Shown here: piece by piece, positions 1-7,836 of the stretch
Layout of the letters: every line of letters starts with the position of its first letter
How positions within the stretch are numbered: position 1 is the stretch's first letter
NCBI RefSeq assembly: GCF_001735745.1
Contig: NZ_CP017260.1
Location: 990,001 to 1,022,000, forward strand
Source: Formosa sp. Hel1_33_131
GTDB lineage: Bacteria > Bacteroidota > Bacteroidia > Flavobacteriales > Flavobacteriaceae
Direction of reading: 5' to 3'
DNA: 32,000 bases
Made by a program: the position numbers and the translations under genes
Notes under the pieces: generated by a model
What the model saw: the letters and a program-made list of their open reading frames with translations, nothing else
Databases searched by the model: none
What the model was told of the DNA's origin: nothing

Positions 1-1
1 T

Positions 2-157
2 TTTGAAACAGGATATACGTCTAAAAAACGCGGCTGGGGATTAGGATTGTCTCTTTCCAAACGAATTATTGAGGAATATCACAAAGGAAAAATTAGAGTA
101 TTTCAATCTGAGGCTGGGGAAGGCACGACACTTCGAATTAGTTTAAAACGCTTATAA
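2..157 (+). CDS. sensor histidine kinase, C-terminal fragment (HATPase_c end; 5' part lies outside the window)
   Basis: Frame 2 reads FETGYTSKKRGWGLGLSLSKRIIEEYHKGKIRVFQSEAGEGTTLRISLKRL*. The GxGLGL G2 box and the G-TT-LRI ending are the canonical end of the histidine-kinase ATPase domain. It is absent from the ORF track because it runs off the window start. Confidence 0.7.
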   Translation, partial: FETGYTSKKRGWGLGLSLSKRIIEEYHKGKIRVFQSEAGEGTTLRISLKRL

Positions 158-541
158 GAAAGAGGTGATTTTTTTTGCTAGAGCTTCAAATTCTGCTGGA
201 AGCAATATTTCTTTTTTGATGAATTGCGCATCCTCCATGCTATTTAAAGGAATCAAATGTACGTGCACGTGGGGCACTTCTAGTCCAATCACAGTCATCC
301 CAACACGTTTGCAGTCGACTGCTTTTTCTATGGCGAGGGCAACGGTTCTTGAAAAATCCATCAATTCTAAGTAGTCCGAAGAATCTAAATCAAAAATCTT
401 ATTGACTTCTTTTTTTGGAATACAAAGCGTATGACCTTTGGCATTGGGATTAACATCCAAGAATGCTAAAAATTTGGCCGTTTCAGCGACCTTATAACAG
501 GGTATTTCTTTGTTAACTATTTTGGTGAAAATCGAACTCAT
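152..541 (-). CDS. HIT (histidine triad) family protein
   Basis: 129 aa with the histidine triad HVHVHLIP and the N-terminal FTKIVNKEIP motif typical of HinT-like proteins. ATG start. It lies directly downstream of greA on the same strand. Confidence 0.85.
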   Translation of the reverse strand: MSSIFTKIVNKEIPCYKVAETAKFLAFLDVNPNAKGHTLCIPKKEVNKIFDLDSSDYLELMDFSRTVALAIEKAVDCKRVGMTVIGLEVPHVHVHLIPLNSMEDAQFIKKEILLPAEFEALAKKITSFL

Positions 542-562
542 GGGCTACTTATAAGAATTAAT

Positions 563-1036
563 TTATCTTGAAATATTCATGATTTCAAATTTCAAAATAC
601 CATTAGGGACCTGTATTTCAGCAATATCTCCAACGCTTTTTCCTAACAATCCTTTTCCGATTGGTGAATTTACAGAGATTTTTCCTGCAGCCAAATCTGC
701 TTCACCGTCCGCCACAAGAAGGTAGTCTAATTCCATTCCGTTAGACTGATTTTTTATTTTCACTTTAGACAGCACCAATGCTTTGGAAGCATCGAGTTGA
801 GATTCATCTATCAAACGGGCGCCAGCCATGGTGTCTTCAAGTTTTGCAATGCGCATTTCTAGCATGCCTTGTGCTTCTTTGGCAGCATCGTATTCTGCAT
901 TTTCACTCAAATCGCCTTTATCTCTTGCTTCCGCAATCGCTCTTGAGGCTTTGATGCGTTCCACATCTTTGAGTTGCTTTAACTCGTCTCTTAATCTTTT
1001 TAATCCTTCGGCCGTGTAGTAAGATACATTGCTCAT
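563..1036 (-). CDS. greA: transcription elongation factor GreA
   Basis: 157 aa. The N-terminal coiled coil (YYTAEGLKRLRDELKQL...DLSENAEYDAAKE) and the C-terminal SPIGKGLLGKSVGD motif are characteristic of GreA. Confidence 0.9.
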   Translation of the reverse strand: MSNVSYYTAEGLKRLRDELKQLKDVERIKASRAIAEARDKGDLSENAEYDAAKEAQGMLEMRIAKLEDTMAGARLIDESQLDASKALVLSKVKIKNQSNGMELDYLLVADGEADLAAGKISVNSPIGKGLLGKSVGDIAEIQVPNGILKFEIMNISR

Positions 1037-1100
1037 AACTGATAATTTTTAAAGTAGTCGTTCATTTAGGTTTTTGAATAGTCTAATCTTTATTTAGAAC

Positions 1101-1130
1101 TAAACGCAAAAATCTCGTTTCCACGAGATT
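1101..1130 (-). terminator. hairpin plus U-run in the greA leader (terminator-like or 5'-terminal stabilising stem-loop)
   Basis: The minus strand reads AATCTCGT-GGAA-ACGAGATT followed by TTTGCGTTT: an 8-bp stem with a GNRA-type loop. It sits between the predicted greA -7 box (1137-1144) and the greA ATG (1036). Confidence 0.3.
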
Positions 1131-1136
1131 GCACTA

Positions 1137-1144
1137 CAAATATA
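1137..1144 (-). promoter_or_regulatory. Bacteroidota-type -7 promoter box (TATATTTG) for greA-HIT
   Basis: The minus strand reads TATATTTG, matching the TAnnTTTG consensus, about 100 nt upstream of the greA ATG. Confidence 0.35.
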
Positions 1145-1238
1145 CAAAATATTTATCTTACTGTGGTTTTTGTCGTAAATTGAGCCCTTAATTTACATGA
1201 ATCTTAGACTTCGTCAAATGTCATATCAATCTAAAAAA

Positions 1239-1676
1239 ATGAAGCTTAAAACATTGAAACTGTATGCTATGTTGCTCTTTCTTTGCATGTGCTGTTCAAA
1301 AGATAATAATACCGATGCAAATTGTAATTTTTTAGTCAATTTCAATGTATCCGCTTCATTAAACCTCAGCCTTTCGCAGTACAATCAACTGACGTTTCCT
1401 AACAACCCTGTGTATGTTCCTAACGAAGGAAATGGCGGAATCATTGTAAATAATACAGGCACGGGCTATGTGGCCTTTGATGCCGCAGACCCCAACCATA
1501 TTTTCAGCGATTGTTCGGTGCTTTCTATCAATGGACTTAAGGGGACTTGTGGGTGTAGCGATGCCAATAAATACAGTCTAATTACAGGGCAATCTTTAGA
1601 GAATACAGCCTTGCGTTGTGTGCTTAAAGCCTATTTTGTAGAAAAAAACGGCAATACACTTTATATTTCCAACTAA
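1239..1676 (+). CDS. hypothetical lipoprotein (Cys-rich, possibly a degenerate Rieske-like fold)
   Basis: The ORF track starts it at 1197. The internal ATG at 1239 gives MKLKTLKLYAMLLFLCMCCSKDNN, a signal peptide with a lipobox-like Cys followed by SKD. I recognise no confident family motif. Confidence 0.5.
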   Translation: MKLKTLKLYAMLLFLCMCCSKDNNTDANCNFLVNFNVSASLNLSLSQYNQLTFPNNPVYVPNEGNGGIIVNNTGTGYVAFDAADPNHIFSDCSVLSINGLKGTCGCSDANKYSLITGQSLENTALRCVLKAYFVEKNGNTLYISN

Positions 1677-1702
1677 AAAAATAGCGCACCGAAGTACGCT
1701 AT
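1675..1702. terminator. bidirectional intrinsic terminator between convergent genes
   Basis: The hairpin is ATAGCGCAC-CGAA-GTACGCTAT (9-bp stem; UUCG loop on the minus strand). An A-run lies on its left, giving a T6 tail for the minus-strand TonB receptor transcript. T-rich sequence lies on its right. Confidence 0.55.
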
Positions 1703-1724
1703 TTATCTTCTTTAGTTTAATTTT

Positions 1725-3887
1725 TTAAAACTTCAAAGTAAGCCCTACCAAGAAATTTCGTGTGGCTTGAGGGTAATAGCCCGCTCCTTCAATCGTGGTT
1801 ACTTGACCAGGAACTGACCAGTCGTCATCGTAAGTGTAATAATAGCCATTGGACACATATTCTTCATTAAGAATGTTATTTATTAAAGCTGACACAACTA
1901 CAGATTTAAATACTGATTTTGGATTCCAACGATAAGAAATATTAAAATCATTTACCAAATAGCTTTCAAGTCTTGAAGCTTTAGTATCTGTATTCCCCAT
2001 ATATTGTTCTCCAACAAATTTGGTTAAAAGGTTTAAACTTAGATTTTTCACAGGACTGTAAACAAACATATTTGAGGCTACAATTTCAGGTGAAAAAGAA
2101 ATGTTTGTGGTTCCAAAGTCTTTAAGAGCACCATCCACTTGAGAAAAGGTTTGTTTGTTTTTATTAGAGCTCAACGTGATGTTTGGTTGCACCCTAAGTT
2201 TATCAGAAAACGCATAAACAGCCTCCACTTCTAAACCAAGTCTATAGCTATCTCCACTGTTCGTTCGGACAGGCGAGCCCACATCATCCAATGCGCCTGT
2301 AAGGATCAGCTGTTCGTTGTATTGCATGTAATAGGAGTTGACATTTAACAGCAGCGCTCCCTTTTTGTAACGCCATCCAATTTCAAAATCATTTAACTGT
2401 TCTGATTTGACGTCTGGGTTGCTTTCAAAATCACTTCGACTTGGCTCTCTGTTGGCTCTTGCATACGATGCATATACATTAGAGTGCGCTGCTAATTGAT
2501 AAGTGACCCCAACCTTCGGGTTAAAGAAACGGTAGGTTTCATCAATCAACATATTGACCAAATCAGAAGTAAGCCCCGATGTCTTATAGCCTACATTTCT
2601 GAATTGTAAATCTCCAAAAACATCTATTTTAGAATTCAAAGTATAGGTCGCTTTTGCAAAGGCACTAAAATCTGTTTTCTTTCCATTTCCAAAATAATAT
2701 TGATCTCGAAGCGAAGCGTTTTCAGCAAATTGTTTTGCCCAAATCACTTCTCCAAAATGATCGCCATCATAGGTGCTATAAGACCCTCCAAATGTAAGGT
2801 CTAATTTAGTATCGCTATAGTTTGCGGTCGCATTCATCACATAATAATCGTTGTCTAACCAACGTCTTCTAATAAGGTCAGTGACTGGCGTTCCATAGGA
2901 GTCAACTCCCGTAGCTTCAACAATTCCGCCGTAGGTACTCACCTCATCGTCCGTCCTGAACTGCTCAAAATAGCCACGACCAAATGTGTAATTCAGCCCT
3001 AAGTTAGTGGACCAATTTTGATCGATTTTTTGATTCCAATGGAGCTGATAATGGTCTTGCTTATAGTTGTCAATTTCATTGTCATAGGTATATGGATTTT
3101 GTCGACGGTTCTGATCTATTTCTTCTTTTGTCAACCCAAACCAAGACTGGTATGTTTTTTCATGCCCTCCAAAAACCAAGGCCTTAATGAGTGTCCCATT
3201 CTGATTGTAGGTTCCTTGTAAAAAATAGGATTTAAGGTCCGAAAAAGCTCTGTCAACATAGCCGTCCGATTTAATCTGTGACAAACGCCCTGCAACTTCA
3301 AAAACGTCATTAATCTTGCCTGTACTGAATTTAACGGTATGCTTTCGTGTGTTATAACTTCCAAAAGTATTTGAAATTTCAGCAGACGATTTTTCTGAGA
3401 CAGCATCTGTTAGTATATTGATACTCGCTCCAAAAGCACCCGATCCATTAGTGGATGTCCCTACGCCTCTTTGGAGTTGTAAGCTTTCTACGGAGGATGA
3501 GAAATCTGGTAAATTTACCCAAAACGTTCCTAGTGATTCCGCGTCGGTATAAGGAATCCCATTGATGGTAATGTTGGTTGACAAAGGACTGACGCCACGA
3601 ACTCTAATTCCCGTGTAGCCAATACCCGCGCCAGCATCGCTTGTAGTGACGACTGATGGCAAATAATTTAATAAAACTGGGAGGTCTTGACCTAGGTTTC
3701 GAGGCTCTAATTGGGCCTTGGTCACATTGGAATGCGTAATTGGTGCATTTGGTTTTACTCTAATAGATTGAACCAAAACCTCCTCTAAAGTTTGTGTTTT
3801 GGTGGAATCGTTTTTTACTTGATTTTGTTGTGCAGTCATTACGGATGTTGCCAATGACAGTGCAACTAAAAGGACAGATTTTTTCAT
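1725..3887 (-). CDS. TonB-dependent outer-membrane receptor (riboswitch context suggests thiamine or a thiamine precursor)
   Basis: 720 aa with signal peptide MKKSVLLVALSLATSVMTAQQ. It has a plug-like region (ITINGIPYTD, RGVGTSTNGSGAFGASINI), a long beta-barrel-type sequence and a terminal ...GLTLKF aromatic residue. A TPP riboswitch lies immediately upstream. Confidence 0.9.
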   Translation of the reverse strand: MKKSVLLVALSLATSVMTAQQNQVKNDSTKTQTLEEVLVQSIRVKPNAPITHSNVTKAQLEPRNLGQDLPVLLNYLPSVVTTSDAGAGIGYTGIRVRGVSPLSTNITINGIPYTDAESLGTFWVNLPDFSSSVESLQLQRGVGTSTNGSGAFGASINILTDAVSEKSSAEISNTFGSYNTRKHTVKFSTGKINDVFEVAGRLSQIKSDGYVDRAFSDLKSYFLQGTYNQNGTLIKALVFGGHEKTYQSWFGLTKEEIDQNRRQNPYTYDNEIDNYKQDHYQLHWNQKIDQNWSTNLGLNYTFGRGYFEQFRTDDEVSTYGGIVEATGVDSYGTPVTDLIRRRWLDNDYYVMNATANYSDTKLDLTFGGSYSTYDGDHFGEVIWAKQFAENASLRDQYYFGNGKKTDFSAFAKATYTLNSKIDVFGDLQFRNVGYKTSGLTSDLVNMLIDETYRFFNPKVGVTYQLAAHSNVYASYARANREPSRSDFESNPDVKSEQLNDFEIGWRYKKGALLLNVNSYYMQYNEQLILTGALDDVGSPVRTNSGDSYRLGLEVEAVYAFSDKLRVQPNITLSSNKNKQTFSQVDGALKDFGTTNISFSPEIVASNMFVYSPVKNLSLNLLTKFVGEQYMGNTDTKASRLESYLVNDFNISYRWNPKSVFKSVVVSALINNILNEEYVSNGYYYTYDDDWSVPGQVTTIEGAGYYPQATRNFLVGLTLKF

Positions 3888-3997
3888 ACGATAAAAATAA
3901 TATCGAATAAAAAGAGGTCATTATTCTTTACAAATTAATTACAAAATTTTTGAAGCAAATGCTTCGTCAAAACTTCAATTAAACTAATTAGTTAATT

Positions 3998-4085
3998 GAA
4001 ACTCACATCCCTAAACAGCATTATCTGTTCTAGGTTCAATGGGTATGATCTCAGCCGATATCGGCACCCCTTTATTGAGAACGGT
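3998..4085 (-). promoter_or_regulatory. TPP (THI-box) riboswitch aptamer
   Basis: The minus strand reads CTCAATAAAGGGGTGCCGATATCGGCTGAGATCATACCCATTGAACCTAGAACAGATAATGCTGTTTAGGGATGTGAG. It contains the conserved GGGGUGC...CUGAGA...ACCC...GAACCUG..GAUAAUGC...AGGGA elements. P1 can form as CUCA/UGAG, and the CCUAGAACAG/CUGUUUAGG helix closes the pyrophosphate-sensing arm. Confidence 0.85.
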
Positions 4086-4086
4086 G

Positions 4087-4094
4087 CAAATATA
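4087..4094 (-). promoter_or_regulatory. -7 promoter box (TATATTTG) driving the riboswitch and TonB receptor unit
   Basis: The minus strand reads TATATTTG. It ends about 7 nt before the riboswitch P1 stem and lies about 35 nt downstream of the DUF4301-like stop. Confidence 0.45.
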
Positions 4095-4128
4095 GTTTAG
4101 ATTTTGAAATTGAAAAGAATTTTTAAAA

Positions 4129-5679
4129 TTATTTTACTTGATGTGTAAACTTTAAAAGATCATTCACTGTTTTAACAGGGTTGAATGTGATAATTGGAAC
4201 TTCCACAAAAATTGTATTCCAATCGGCCATGCTGCCATTCCATAAACCGGGCCTCTCTAAGGTTTTGAGTTTTTGACCGTATTTTGTTTTTGTCGTCACA
4301 AAGTAAGTATTAGAATCTATAAATTGCTCTAAATCATAGGCTTCCCCTTTGTAATTTTTGACACCACAAATAATATCAACAGGATTAAAGTGCGTGGCAT
4401 TTGTCAAAATAGCTTTCTGATTTTTTAGATTTATATCCACTTGACTCGCTTCTACTATTTGCAACGATACTTCTCCATTGTCATGCCTTACCCAAAAAGG
4501 GCCACCTCCAGGTTCACTTTCATTTTTTACCATCCCACAAACCCGCATTGGGCGGTTAATTTTGGACTGTAAATATTCGATTTTATGCTTATTTGCATAT
4601 TTGCTGAATTGAGAGCTAATTACAATATTTAGGTTTTGGGTTAAAAATCCTGCAATTTCTTCTATATCAACTTTAGATATGCCTTTAGACTCCAAGGCTT
4701 TTGCATAGGAAAATACCTGACTTTGCGTCTTCAATAATATGCCCGCAAGTGCTTTTTTATAGCGCACTATTTCATCTAGATAGTTGTTAACCACAACATT
4801 ATCTACATTTTTAATAAAAATAATATCGGCATTAATTTGATTTAAATTTTTTATTAAGGCACCATGTCCCGACGGTCTGAACAGTAGTTTGTTTTTTAAC
4901 CTAAAAGGGGTGTTTTTTAAATCTACTGCCAAAACATCTGTATTCGGTTCTTGATTTGAGAACGTGATTTTGAATGTGGTATTGGTTTTGGTTTCAACCT
5001 GTTCTTGTATAGATGCTAATTTTGTCTGGAATTGTTTCAAATGCGTTTTAGTAATCGTAAAATGCAATACAGCTTTGCCATTTACAGAAGCATATTTTGC
5101 CGCTTCGAATAAATGTTCTTCAAAAGCGGTTGAAATATGATTTTTGTACTTGTGAAAAGGCAATAATCCTTTGGGGATGTTTGAATAATTTAAATACGTT
5201 TCTTCTAAGATGGTCTTCACAAACAAGAGGCGTCTTTGATCTAAAGTGAGCAAGTCATAATCCGGGATCATTGCCCGCATTTTAGCAACTGCTTCATCAT
5301 GAAATGGAAGTTTTTCGATGGTTACAAAAAACAAAAACAATTCAGTGATTTTATTTTTATTTATATAAGAATTGATCGATTCTTTTTGAGGGTCGTAATC
5401 CGCCAAAAATTCATGCAACATCTTAAACATTCGCGAAGCTGCCCCAGAAGCTGGTGTAAATTTAACTACGGCAAGACAGGTTTTCTGTTCTTCATAATAT
5501 TCAATGAACTCATTAATTTCTAAGTCTGAAAGTTTTATGATGCCTTTGCCTATAGTTGCCGAGGCTTTTAAATTCACAAAACCTAGAGGTGACTTATAGT
5601 GCTCTAATTGCTTGGCAACATCTGTCAAGCTAAGCCCTAAGCTTTCAAAATGCTCTATGTCTGAAGGGGTATAATTCAA
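4129..5679 (-). CDS. DUF4301-like protein with UDPGP-type nucleotidyltransferase-like motifs
   Basis: 516 aa. The TTG start overlaps the TGA stop of the upstream gene (TTGA). The motifs TPASGAASRMFK, RPSGHGA and IKNVDNVV resemble the Gly-rich loop, PxGHG and N(I/V)DN motifs of UTP-sugar-1-phosphate uridylyltransferase-type enzymes. The DUF4301 assignment is from memory of this gene neighbourhood, not from a search. Confidence 0.6.
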   Translation of the reverse strand: MNYTPSDIEHFESLGLSLTDVAKQLEHYKSPLGFVNLKASATIGKGIIKLSDLEINEFIEYYEEQKTCLAVVKFTPASGAASRMFKMLHEFLADYDPQKESINSYINKNKITELFLFFVTIEKLPFHDEAVAKMRAMIPDYDLLTLDQRRLLFVKTILEETYLNYSNIPKGLLPFHKYKNHISTAFEEHLFEAAKYASVNGKAVLHFTITKTHLKQFQTKLASIQEQVETKTNTTFKITFSNQEPNTDVLAVDLKNTPFRLKNKLLFRPSGHGALIKNLNQINADIIFIKNVDNVVVNNYLDEIVRYKKALAGILLKTQSQVFSYAKALESKGISKVDIEEIAGFLTQNLNIVISSQFSKYANKHKIEYLQSKINRPMRVCGMVKNESEPGGGPFWVRHDNGEVSLQIVEASQVDINLKNQKAILTNATHFNPVDIICGVKNYKGEAYDLEQFIDSNTYFVTTKTKYGQKLKTLERPGLWNGSMADWNTIFVEVPIITFNPVKTVNDLLKFTHQVK

Positions 5680-6245
5680 ATCGTTGGTATTAAAAGTTGG
5701 TTTATGTGGTTGACCGCATTTTTCAATCGGTTCGTTTTAGAACCGCTTAAAATCACATAAGGGAGCTCCTGTTTTTGTAAAGCCGCTTCAAATGCTGAAA
5801 ACATTTTTTTTCGTTCATAGGGCTTGTCTCTCAAATCGTCTGCCACCCAAGGAACATCAATGTCACATAAAAAGTACAAGTTATAACAATTTTTTTTAGC
5901 ATAGTCCTTAATTACAGGATCACAGTACCCATCATAGTAAACTTCAGAGTATACTTTTGTTTCCAGCAGGTTGGTATCGCAAAATAAGAGTTCGTCTGTT
6001 TTGGCTGCAGCCGCATTTTCTAATTGCATTTGACCGATCGCAATTGGCAATAAATCAGACCGCTCACAGGTTTTTTGTTCAATGTCCCATTTATTTTGAA
6101 GATAGTCTCGCGCATATTCAGCAACCCAATGTGTGCCGTAATGTTCTGCCAACGCTTTAGATAAGGTTGTCTTTCCTGTAGATTCTGGACCAAATAAAAC
6201 TACTTTTATGCAGTTTGAATGTTGTTGTTCAAGTGTTTTTTCCAT
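5676..6245 (-). CDS. NadR-type ribosylnicotinamide-kinase-like P-loop ATPase (stand-alone kinase domain)
   Basis: 189 aa with Walker A GPESTGKT. The CDTNLLETKVY and WVADDLRD segments match the TD..TT and WVDDGLR segments of the C-terminal kinase domain of NadR. There is no N-terminal NMN adenylyltransferase domain. Confidence 0.75.
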   Translation of the reverse strand: MEKTLEQQHSNCIKVVLFGPESTGKTTLSKALAEHYGTHWVAEYARDYLQNKWDIEQKTCERSDLLPIAIGQMQLENAAAAKTDELLFCDTNLLETKVYSEVYYDGYCDPVIKDYAKKNCYNLYFLCDIDVPWVADDLRDKPYERKKMFSAFEAALQKQELPYVILSGSKTNRLKNAVNHINQLLIPTI

Positions 6246-6838
6246 GCTAAAAATCCAAATATAGCTATAATTGTAAAACCTAAATATTGTAAACTAGAAA
6301 ATGTAAACCCTTTGTAAAAATATAGGGGCACTGATATTATATCTGCCACAATCCAAAAAATCCAATTTTCTATTTTCCGTTTTGCCATCAACCACATCCC
6401 TACAAAAAATAAAGCTGTTGTGAGTGTATCTACATAAGCAACCCAGCCCTTCCACATATCAAAAATCTGATAGACCACAAACACAAATAATAAGGTCGAT
6501 ATAAAAATAATTACCCCTGTGAACTGTTCTCTTTTGGTCATTCTAGATATTGGAGTGACGTGTTCGGAATCTACTTTTCGGGTCCAAATATACCATCCAT
6601 ATAAACTCATTATAAAATAATAGCCGTTAATCATCATATCGCCGATAAGCTGCCATTTAAATAATAAATACACAAATATAGAGGTGCTTACCAATCCCGT
6701 TGGAAAGACCAGAATATTGTTTTGTTTGGAGTACCAAACAGAGGCAAACCCAAAGATGACGGCGGTTATTTCTAGCACAATATCCGTAAGTGCATAGCCG
6801 CTGTATTGTTCAAATAAAAAATTAAAAATGTGGCTCAT
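6206..6838 (-). CDS. pnuC: PnuC-family vitamin transporter (nicotinamide riboside PnuC or thiamine PnuT type)
   Basis: 210 aa multi-pass membrane protein. It has the two PnuC signature regions FASVWYSKQNNILVFPTG and VGMWLMAKRKIENWIFWIVADIISVPLYFYKG. It overlaps both neighbouring genes. Confidence 0.8.
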   Translation of the reverse strand: MSHIFNFLFEQYSGYALTDIVLEITAVIFGFASVWYSKQNNILVFPTGLVSTSIFVYLLFKWQLIGDMMINGYYFIMSLYGWYIWTRKVDSEHVTPISRMTKREQFTGVIIFISTLLFVFVVYQIFDMWKGWVAYVDTLTTALFFVGMWLMAKRKIENWIFWIVADIISVPLYFYKGFTFSSLQYLGFTIIAIFGFLAWKKHLNNNIQTA

Positions 6839-7082
6839 AATCGCTGCGATCGCTTTTTACAATTTTCATGTTCAAAACGACGTTTTCAATATCGTTAAAG
6901 GACGTTTTGATCGTTGCTGTCAAAAATAACATTAAGGCATCGTACTCTCCATAGATTTGTGTGCTTAATGGATTTTCGAGGACTCTAAACTCAGAGTCAC
7001 GCAATGCTTTTATGAAGTCTATAATTGGAGGCTCAAAATCCGTTTGTAGTGGCATGAGTGTAAATTCTACTGAAATGTTCAT
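6822..7082 (-). CDS. MTH1187/YkoF-like small (thiamine-binding family) protein
   Basis: 86 aa. The pattern ISVEFTLMPL...IIDFIKALRDSEFRVLENPLSTQIYGEYDAL...VVLNMKI fits the beta-alpha-beta-beta-alpha-beta ferredoxin-like UPF0045/MTH1187 family. The assignment rests on pattern only. Confidence 0.5.
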   Translation of the reverse strand: MNISVEFTLMPLQTDFEPPIIDFIKALRDSEFRVLENPLSTQIYGEYDALMLFLTATIKTSFNDIENVVLNMKIVKSDRSDYEPHF

Positions 7083-7094
7083 TTAAAAATACTA

Positions 7095-7727
7095 TTAAAA
7101 ATTAGGGCCTACAATGGCACATCCAAATCCTTCAAATTCCATGAAAATGGCTTTATACTTAGACCTCTGATTGTCTTCAATAACCCAAGCTGTTGTACTG
7201 TTAGCCTCTGTTCCAAAAGGCAGAACCAAAAAATGTTTTTTAAACACCATTCCTGAGATTGCATATAATTTATAAAGCGATTCTTTTATACACCAGATCC
7301 AAGTCAATTTTTGAATCAGTTTAGGATCCTTTTCAGTTAAGTAAGAATCTTCATAGCCAATAAATTTCGAAGCAATTTTAATTATTTTTTCGCGTTGTTT
7401 TTCAATGTCAACCCCTACTGGTCTTGAACTCACCACCACCGCTGAAAATGTATAAGAATGCGTAATAGAAATGTGTTTTCCATCTTTCAAATGAGGTTTC
7501 CCAAATGCATCATATACCAAATCTTCATCTACATAGCCAAATTCAGCAAGTAACATTCGAACACTTAAAAATCCACGTTGATGCAATTCACTTTTCATCC
7601 CATTGACGCGCTCTAAACTTTCAGCTTTCAACACGAGTTGCCCAGTGAAAAAATCTTTGGATTCAGAGATCTTCCAGATTTTAACAATAGTTTGTGAATT
7701 TAAAACAAGTGATTTATAAAGTGGCAT
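7095..7727 (-). CDS. 4'-phosphopantetheinyl transferase superfamily protein (Sfp-type)
   Basis: 210 aa with the GKPHL, ISITHS and WCIKESLYK motifs (the W..KE..K signature of PPTases). Confidence 0.75.
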   Translation of the reverse strand: MPLYKSLVLNSQTIVKIWKISESKDFFTGQLVLKAESLERVNGMKSELHQRGFLSVRMLLAEFGYVDEDLVYDAFGKPHLKDGKHISITHSYTFSAVVVSSRPVGVDIEKQREKIIKIASKFIGYEDSYLTEKDPKLIQKLTWIWCIKESLYKLYAISGMVFKKHFLVLPFGTEANSTTAWVIEDNQRSKYKAIFMEFEGFGCAIVGPNF

Positions 7728-7750
7728 TTAATTTTTAAATAGTTAATAGT

Positions 7751-7758
7751 TATCTTTG
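7751..7758 (+). promoter_or_regulatory. -7 promoter box (TATCTTTG) for ahcY
   Basis: It matches TAnnTTTG. It shares the extended string CTTTGCAAGGT with the sdhC promoter box. Confidence 0.45.
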
Positions 7759-7836
7759 CAAGGTATAATAATTAAAAAACGAAAATACACTAATTTATAG
7801 GTTAAAACCAAACTAGTGCATTTAAAAAACTGCCTT

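Noticed and set aside
165-374. Other short overlapping ORFs in the track inside well-supported genes (for example 165-374, 828-1019, 3018-3221, 3131-3406, 5299-5523, 5957-6160, 11025-11219, 12262-12591, 12826-13044, 16196-16621, 16395-16592, 18074-18301, 18665-18929, 19021-19251, 19430-19633, 20016-20294, 21935-22129, 22902-23186, 23492-23674, 23902-24102, 24209-24542, 27778-27984)
   Set aside because: Each lies largely within, or overlaps antisense or off-frame, a gene with strong family motifs. None shows a recognisable domain, signal or independent promoter.
1197-1238. Upstream start (1197) for the lipoprotein ORF and GTG start (7816) for ahcY, as given by the ORF track
   Set aside because: The internal ATGs (1239 and 7837) give a proper signal peptide and the conserved AhcY N-terminus respectively. 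The extensions add residues with no counterpart in these protein types.
7728-7836. Possible SAH riboswitch upstream of ahcY
   Set aside because: The leader is very AT-rich. It shows none of the GC-rich pseudoknot-forming segments of SAH riboswitches. Only a promoter box is discernible.
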